Origin: an uncultured Chlamydiae bacterium
GTDB lineage: Bacteria; Chlamydiota; Chlamydiia; Chlamydiales; SM23-39
DNA: 12,666 nucleotides
Direction: 5' to 3'
Assembly: GCA_963730605.1 (NCBI GenBank)
Contig: CAVSSM010000006.1
Location: 1 to 12,666, forward strand
Shown: positions 6,642 to 12,666 of the stretch, piece after piece
How positions within the stretch are numbered: position 1 is the first letter of the stretch
How the letters are laid out: each line of letters starts with the position of its first letter
Program-made: the position numbers and the translations under genes
The notes under the pieces: model-generated
What the model saw: the letters and a program-made list of their open reading frames with translations, nothing else
Databases searched by the model: none
What the model was told of the DNA's origin: nothing

Positions 6642-7871
6642 TCAACAAGCTTTTTCCGAAAACCGTTCGATCATCCGGAATGTCGCATCCGTTGCCCCCC
6701 GACCCGATGCAACGAGAGCCCTAGCCGCAGAGACCATTCGCGTCTCCTCCGCAGGACTGTTAAAAAATGTTTCGACAGCCGTGAGGAGAGTGTCGTAGGT
6801 CACTTGCATGCCGGCTTTTGCAGAGAGGACACGGGCGGCAAGCTCCTTCTGGGAATACATGTGCGGGCCGAAAAAGACCGGGAGGCCGTACACGCACGGC
6901 TCGAGGATATTGTGGCCCCCGACATGGGGCTGGAAGCTGCCGGCCACGATGGCGAGGCGAGAAAGCGCGTAGCAAATGGGAAGCTGGCCCATGGCGTCTA
7001 CGAGAACCACCCTTGCTCCTTCCCCCACCCTTTCCCCTCCCCGTTTTTCTTGCAGCCGACTCCAGCGGACGAAAGGGATGTTTTTCTTCTGGAGGAGGTG
7101 TGCAACTTCCTCAAACCGTTCAGGATGGCGGGGAGCCAAAAAAACAAAAAGGCGCGTGAGAGGAAGTCGGTTGAGAAGTTCCTCTTCCTCGGGGTCATGT
7201 GTGCAAGAGATTGTGATGGCTGGGTCAAGAGGCGCGATCATTTGCCGCCATGCAGGCTTGTCAACGGGGGTAGGCCGGTGGTCGAGCTTGAGATTGCCTC
7301 CAATCTGAATGCGGGCAGGGTCCACGAGATTTTGGAAGCGGCGGGCATGCTCTTCGTTTTGCAAAAGAAGAAGGTCGAGGCGACCGAAGAGCTTTCTTGA
7401 AAAAAACCGAACTTTAGCAAAGCGACGCGCGGAGCGCTCGGAAAGTTTCCCGCTGACAAGAACGGTTTTGCCGCCCGCTTTTTTGATGGCCGCGAGGAGA
7501 TTTGGCCAAAAGTCGCTCTCTACTAGGATAAACAGCTTCGGGCGGAGTTTCTTAGCCCAGCGGCCTACAATCCATCGGAGATCGATCGGAAGAAAGGCAA
7601 AGGCATCTGCTTTCGGTAGGGATCGTCGCGCTTCGGCAAGGCCGGTCGCGGTCGTCGTCGTAATGAGAAAAAAGGAAGTGGGATGGGCGATCCGAAGGGA
7701 GGCGAAAAGAGATTGGACGGCTTTTGCTTCTCCGACCGAAATGGCGTGGATCCAAATCACTTCTTTAAGTTTCGGATCAGGAATTGGAGCGAAGAGGCGC
7801 CGCAAGTGATGCGGTTTCTTGATAGAGACAAGCAGTGTGAAAATAAGAAGGAGCAGGTCATACACGATCAC
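6642..7871 (-). CDS. waaA: 3-deoxy-D-manno-octulosonic acid (Kdo) transferase, GT30
   Basis: The 409-aa ORF is intact. It carries WIHAISVGE (compare W-HGASVGE in KdtA), GKLSERSARRF...LDLLLLQNEEHARRF and GGHNILEP...FGPHMYSQ. Overall it looks most like chlamydial KdtA/GseA. The start is GTG at 7869-7871, overlapping the leuS TGA stop (GTGA). Confidence 0.85.
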   Translation of the reverse strand: MIVYDLLLLIFTLLVSIKKPHHLRRLFAPIPDPKLKEVIWIHAISVGEAKAVQSLFASLRIAHPTSFFLITTTTATGLAEARRSLPKADAFAFLPIDLRWIVGRWAKKLRPKLFILVESDFWPNLLAAIKKAGGKTVLVSGKLSERSARRFAKVRFFSRKLFGRLDLLLLQNEEHARRFQNLVDPARIQIGGNLKLDHRPTPVDKPAWRQMIAPLDPAITISCTHDPEEEELLNRLPLTRLFVFLAPRHPERFEEVAHLLQKKNIPFVRWSRLQEKRGGERVGEGARVVLVDAMGQLPICYALSRLAIVAGSFQPHVGGHNILEPCVYGLPVFFGPHMYSQKELAARVLSAKAGMQVTYDTLLTAVETFFNSPAEETRMVSAARALVASGRGATDATFRMIERFSEKAC

Positions 7872-10432
7872 GACTTGAGGACGATGTTGAGGAGCTTATT
7901 CGGCACAAAAACGGTTTTAACGATTTCTCCTGTTAGATGTTTTTCCACTTCCGGATTTTGCCGGACAAGGGCTAAAAGCTGCTCTTCCGTTTGATTCATC
8001 GGCAAATCGAAGCGGCCGCGGAGCTTCCCGTTGACTTGAACGACGTAGGTGGCCGTCTCATCCACCAGGAATCGGGGATCGACAGGAGGGATCGGTGCAT
8101 AGGCGAGCAGCTCCTTTTGACCGAGACGCTCCCAGCATTCTTCGGCAATATGCGGGGCGAAAGGATGGAGCATCTGGATAGCTCGTTTCAGGCAGCTTCT
8201 TGGATAGGAGGGAAGGGCTGTGAAAGCGTTGAGGAATTCCATCATCCGGGCAATCGCCGTATTGAATTGGAGAAGTTCGACATCGCGGCTGACTTGGTCA
8301 ACAAGCCGGTGGGCCAATTTCAAGGCGTCGTCATTTTCAGCGTCGACCATTTTTTCTGAAAAGACCGTATCGTAAAAACGGTTTAAAAAACGTTTGCACC
8401 CATTGACTGCGTCGGTGCTCCAGACTTTTTCCCGCTCGAAAGGACCCATGAACATTTCATAAAGGCGCAAGGCGTCCGCGCCAAACTCCTCGATGATCTC
8501 ATCAGGGGATACGCCATTGAGTTTCGATTTCGACATTTTTTCCGATTGGACGATCAGCTCTTCATGGGTGCGCCGATGAGTAGAAACGTCCTTCTTTTTC
8601 GACCACGTCATTCAGGGTCGAGGTAGCCTCCTTGCTGCATTTTATAGGAGCGGGCTATGAGGAGTCCTTGATTGCGCAAGCGTCGCGAAAGGTTCGGGAG
8701 TGTGGACAAGGCCAGAATCGTAGAGAACCTTATGCCAAAAGCGGGCATAGAGCAGATGGAGAACCGCGTGTTCGACGCCGCCGACATAAAGATCGACCGG
8801 CATCCAATATTTTTCGAGCTTCGGATCCCAAGCTTCCTTATCATTGTGGGGGTCGCAAAAACGGAGATAGTACCAGCAGGATCCCGCCCATTGAGGCATC
8901 GTATTCGTTTCGCGAAGAGCCTTCTTGCCAGTTTTAGGGTCGACGATCTCGACCCACTCGGGGCACTTTGGCGAGCGGGCTTTGCCCAGAGCCTGCGGGT
9001 TTGTAGTCATCAAGAGGAGGAGGCGTCAATGGGAGTTCATCGAGTTCGAGCGCGCGCATCGATCCATCCTCGAAATGCAAAATCGGGATCGGCTCGCCCC
9101 AATAGCTTTGGCGGGAAAAGAGCCAGTCGCGGAGTTTGTAATTGACGGTGCGCTTGCCTCTGGAATGGCGCTCTAGCCACTGGATCGTCGCTTCATATCC
9201 CATGGGCACATTCATCCCATTCAATTTCAAATCGCCGACATTGCTGTTGATGAATTTGCCATCGCGGGGCCAGCATGCCTTGCCGTGCAGCACATCTTCG
9301 CGTGTGATCGTCTCCCCTTCTTTCAAGAGCGACATGTCGGGGTCGATGACAACTTTGATCGGCAGATTGATATTTTTTTGCAAATTCAAAATCCCGTTCA
9401 TCGTGCGCCGGAACGCCCATGAACAGCGCCTGTGCCATAGCTAACCAATACATAATCGGCGATCCAGATTGGGATTTTTTCGCCCGTTGCCGGATTCAGC
9501 GCGTAGGTTCCAGTCCAAACGCCTGTTTTTTCCTGCGCCAAGATCGGTTCGTTGTAGATCGGCTTTCAGTAGCATGTTTGACGTACGTATGCATCGACTT
9601 CATCTTTTTGACCGGGCGTCGTGATTTTTTGAACTAGAGGATGTTCCGGGAGCTAATACCAAAAATGTCACGCCGCAAATCGGTTCGGGCGCCGTCGTAA
9701 AACAAGCAATCGGCTCGTGCGTAGATTCTTCGACGAAAATAAAGATCACCCCAACGCTGCGGCCGATCCAATTCGCTTGCATTTGTTTCAAATGGTCAGG
9801 CCAATCGAGCAAATCCAAATCAGCAAGCAGGCGGTCGGCATAGGCCGTGATCTTAAGATCCATTGTTTCAAAGGACGCCGCTCGACCGGGTAGCCCCCTT
9901 CTTTCGATTTCCCGTCTTCGACTTCTTCGTTGGCAAGCACTGTGCCGAGAGCTGGGCAGAAGTTGACGTTGATCTCGGCTTCATAAGCGAGTCCTTTTTC
10001 ATATAGCTTGGTGAAGATCCACTGCGTCCATTTGTAATACTAGGGATCGCTCGTCATGATTTCCCGGTCCCAATCGTAGCTAAATCCGAGCGACTCGAGC
10101 TGGCGTCGGTAGGTGTCGATATTGACCTGCGTCGTCACAGACGGATGGGTTCCTGTGCGGATGGCAAATTGTTCGGCAGGAAGGCCGAAACTGTCCCATC
10201 CCATAGGATGAAGGACGTTAAAACCTTTTTGCCGCTTATAGCGGGAGATGATGTCGGTGCCGGTATAGCCCGTCACGTGGCCCACATGGAGACCCGCTCC
10301 GGAAGGATACGGGAACATGTCAAGGATATAGTACTTGGGCTTTTTAGGATCGTAAACAGCTTTGAAGATTTGTTTCTCTTTCCAAATCTTTTGCCATTTC
10401 TTTTCAATAGAGCGGGGATCGTATTTTCCCAT
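7868..10432 (-). pseudogene. leuS: leucyl-tRNA synthetase; the reading frame is broken about 11 times (about 10 single-base frameshifts and one in-frame TAG), so it is either a pseudogene or a sequence-quality artefact
   Basis: Six or more minus-strand ORF fragments are co-linear with LeuRS. They contain [16 protein letters not shown] (the HIGH motif), [10 protein letters not shown]...[95 protein letters not shown] and a C-terminal FNTAIARMMEF. The frame junctions lie near 9860, 9648, 9578, 9540, 9421, 9368, 8960, 8677, 8610 and 8566. A TAG at 10040-10042 sits where Glu (PEYY) is expected. Confidence 0.8.
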
Positions 10433-10454
10433 AACGATTAATATAACAAATCTT

Positions 10455-12198
10455 CTAAGGTTCTGTCCACTTGCCGTTTACTTTGATCAGGTCGATGAGC
10501 TTTTGGTCTGCGTCGGCAAAGTCGATATCGCGCTCTACGCATGTTTTGCCAAGATAGAGGTCGATCTTCCCTGGTTTCGAGCCGACGTAGCCGAAATCGG
10601 CGTCGGCCATTTCACCCGGGCCGTTGACGATGCAGCCCATGATGGCGATCTTGACGCCGGGCAAGTGTGCCGTCTTTTCACGGATCCGGCGCGACGTCTC
10701 TTGCAAATCGAATAGCGTCCGCCCACATCCAGGGCAGGAAATAAAGTCGGTTTTCACCGTCCTCATCCGGGCAGATTGGAGCAGATTGAAGCTGAGCCGG
10801 CGCCGGAGGGCGAGAGGCTGCTTTCCAATGAGACAAACCCCCTCGGCTAGCCGATCGCAAAGCAATGCGCCCATTTCCGCGCTCGCCTGGATCGGCAGAT
10901 CGGCCTCGTCGCAATCGTATTCGAATGCGAGAATCAGAGGGGTCTTATCATTCTTGGCTTTGAGCTCTTCGACGAAGCGGCGCGTTTCATGAATCGGTGA
11001 ATGGGTGGGTCGAAAGAGATGAAAGTTGGGTTTGACGAAGAAAGGAATTCCGACGTGAGCGAGCTGATCGACGATTTTAGAATTTTGAGGCATGGCGTCG
11101 ATCCAAAGGGCATCGGCCGTCTGAATCGTCCTCTTTGGCCGGCCGAACTGGACCTCGCAGCCGATCTCTTCAAAGAAAGTGGGCCGTAAGAGGTCGGCGG
11201 CATCGACTTTCAAAATCACCGAGCCGTCGGGGTGAAGCGGCGCCGTAGCCTGGACGGTGCGCTTTTGAACCTCGGTATCGAGAAAATGCTCTTTGAGAGG
11301 CTCGATTCCTTTTCCCACTCTTTGGTTTTGAAAACGGACAAGCCTTTTGCAAGGGTCGATTTCGGCCCAAGGATCTTCAGTCAGAGAAACGCGGATCGTA
11401 TCGCCAAGGCCATCGAGAAGGAGGGCGCCGATCCCCATGGCCGATTTGACCCGTCCATCCTCCCCTTCCCCCGCTTCGGTCACTCCTAGATGGAGCGGAT
11501 AATCCCAGCCGAGGCGGATCATTTCTTTTGCTAGGAGTCGATAGGCTGCAATCATTACGACCGGATTGCTCGCCTTCATCGAAAAAATGATATCATGGTA
11601 GTCGTATTTGCGGCAAACCCGGGCAAATTCAAGAGCTGACTCGACCATGCCGCGGGGCGAATCGCCGAACCGGTTCATGATCCGGTCCGAAAGAGAGCCG
11701 TGGTTCGTCCCGATCCGCATCGCCCGTTTCAGCCGCTTGCATTTCTCGACGAGAGGGGCGAACCCCGCCTCCATTTTTTCAAGCTCGCTTCGTTGGCAGC
11801 ATCGTCGTATTCGATGATTTTAAAACTTGCCCGCTTATCTACGAAGTTGCCCGGATTGATCCGGACTTTGTCTGCAAACTCGCCGCAAGAAGCGCTGCGG
11901 GCGGATAGAAGTGAATATCGGCGACCAAAGGCATTCGGGCGCCTCGATGGATAAGGAAATTTTTGATCGCTTCGAGAGCTTCCGCTTCTTTTTTGCCTTG
12001 GACTGTAACGCGGGCGATTTCACATCCTGCTTCTGCAAGGCGGAGGATCTGGGCGACGGTTGCGTCCGGATCGCGGGTATTGGATGTCGTCATCGACTGG
12101 ATCCGGATCGGATTGTTCCCTCCCACCCCCACGTCCCCTACCCTCACTTCCCGTGTCGGAAAACGGCTCGTTCGAACTATGGCTTCGCAGTACTTCAT
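10455..12198 (-). pseudogene. ispG: 4-hydroxy-3-methylbut-2-enyl diphosphate synthase (GcpE), long insert-containing form, interrupted by two 1-bp deletions
   Basis: The N-terminal fragment (ATG at 12196-12198) reads ...VGGNNPIRIQSMT...PLVADIHF. A -1 shift near 11882 lies in a GCGGCG(G) context and is followed by EFADKVRINPGNFVDK. A second -1 shift near 11783 is followed by the intact 439-aa C-terminal ORF (FAPLVEKCKRL...RIGTNHGSL...HLGVTEAG...ISCPGCGRT...GCIVNGPGE) with the long A* insert. Confidence 0.8.
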
Positions 12199-12207
12199 GG
12201 CGAGCAA

Positions 12208-12296
12208 TTATTACCGGACTCTCGATTCAAAACAAGAACCCATTTTTTTTCCATTTTTTTCTTGACACCAGGCTGAAATCTGGTTAACAAGAAAGC
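12208..12296. promoter_or_regulatory. divergent promoter region between ispG and the DUF2147 gene
   Basis: Plus strand: TTGACA, a 17-nt spacer containing the small hairpin ACCAG-gctgaaat-CTGGT, TAACAA, then ATG at 12297. Two phased CCATTTTTTT tracts sit just upstream. Minus strand: TTGTTT...TAATAA ahead of the ispG ATG. Confidence 0.3.
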
Positions 12297-12666
12297 ATGC
12301 GTTGTAAAATTTTTTCCTGCTTGTTTCTTCTTATGACGGCAGCCGCCATTGGTTCCGATGATATTGGAGGGTTTTGGAAAACGATCAATGAAGAAGGCGT
12401 ATCCGAATGCGTCATCGCGATCTATGACTATGAAGGCATTTACTATGGTCGGATCATCGGCACCTATGACGAGAAAGGGGTTATGGTCGACACCATCTAT
12501 AAGCCGATCAAGCGGGCTCCAGGGGTCATCGGAGAGCCATTTTACAGCGGGCTGGACATTATCTGGGGGCTAGTAGATGCAGGAGTAAAGTTTAAGGGCA
12601 AGATCCTTGATCCGGAAAAAGGAAATATTTACAATTCAGAACTTTGGATTGATAAGAACGGGAATT
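12297..12666 (+). CDS. DUF2147-family secreted/periplasmic protein, partial (runs off the window end)
   Basis: A signal peptide MRCKIFSCLFLLMTAAAIGS is followed by GFWKTINEEG...VIAIYDYEGIYYGRIIG...YSGLDIIWGL...GKILDPEKGNIYNSELWI. The frame is open to the window end. It is not in the supplied ORF track, which shows only a wrong-frame ORF at 12349-12573. Confidence 0.7.
   Translation, partial: MRCKIFSCLFLLMTAAAIGSDDIGGFWKTINEEGVSECVIAIYDYEGIYYGRIIGTYDEKGVMVDTIYKPIKRAPGVIGEPFYSGLDIIWGLVDAGVKFKGKILDPEKGNIYNSELWIDKNGN

Noticed and set aside
6627-7809. Plus-strand ORFs of 257, 113, 110 and 166 aa overlapping waaA
   Set aside because: They are antisense to an intact, well-conserved Kdo transferase gene. 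The compositions are Arg-rich, typical of antisense reading of coding DNA.
9540-9580. An apparent second in-frame stop (TGA) inside leuS in the EHPLVQKITTPGQKDEVDAYV frame
   Set aside because: Reading the +2 frame across this 40-bp stretch gives [13 protein letters not shown]. That matches the conserved LeuRS K-S-D-L-E-R-T-D-L segment. So the TGA is an out-of-frame artefact between a -1/+1 pair and not a nonsense mutation.
7991-10715. Plus-strand ORFs of 98-157 aa inside leuS/ispG (7991-8359, 8632-8937, 8672-9145, 8925-9176, 9142-9444, 10145-10441, 10362-10715)
   Set aside because: They lie antisense to strongly supported LeuRS/IspG coding sequence and have no recognisable motifs. Antisense ORFs of this kind are expected in GC-moderate coding DNA.
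7868-12207. Programmed frameshifting or stop-codon recoding as the explanation for the leuS/ispG breaks
   Set aside because: There are too many sites. They are a mix of +1 and -1 and have no shared slippery motif. The single nonsense codon is a TAG. No known recoding mechanism fits.
12349-12573. Track ORF of 74 aa on the plus strand
   Set aside because: It is out of frame with, and fully inside, the much better supported DUF2147 reading frame that starts at 12297.
1-12666. CRISPR arrays, insertion sequences, integrases, restriction-modification or other defence genes
   Set aside because: I saw no regularly spaced direct repeats. I saw no transposase, integrase or nuclease-like ORFs. I saw no terminal inverted repeats flanking a gene.

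Overview
A 12.7-kb chromosomal segment at about 50% GC. Most of it is core metabolism and cell-envelope genes. Two gene products resemble chlamydial proteins (the KdtA/GseA-type Kdo transferase and the long-form IspG), which hints at a Chlamydiae/PVC-type lineage, but that call is low confidence.

Gene order:
- Minus strand, 116-1682: an SPFH/band-7 membrane protein and an HAD hydrolase, 10 bp apart.
- Plus strand, 1784-5523: an 865-aa alpha-glucan (glycogen) phosphorylase whose last 13 nt overlap the start of an acetate kinase gene.
- 5524-6300: the only accessory-looking stretch. It holds an extremely AT-rich spacer (about 20% GC), a strongly ribosome-binding-site-driven 62-aa two-transmembrane-helix peptide gene, and a convergent DUF1653 gene.
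- Minus strand, 6440-6601: two tandem CAT-anticodon tRNAs, one elongator Met-type and one initiator fMet. Their 3' trailer carries three hairpins, including a perfect 26-bp inverted copy of the tRNA's own 3' end.
- Minus strand, 6642-12198: an ispG-leuS-waaA operon. The leuS stop overlaps the waaA GTG start (GTGA).
- Plus strand, 12297 to the window end: a partial signal-peptide DUF2147 gene in a frame the ORF track missed.

The most striking observation is that leuS is shredded by about 10 single-base frameshifts plus one in-frame TAG, and ispG by two 1-bp deletions. Both are essential genes, yet their conceptual translations across the breaks are fully conserved. The 7 kb on the 5' side of these lesions contains no lesions at all. 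That pattern points to a localized sequence-quality or assembly problem, or else to very recent gene inactivation. I found no CRISPR array, transposase, integrase or recognisable defence system.
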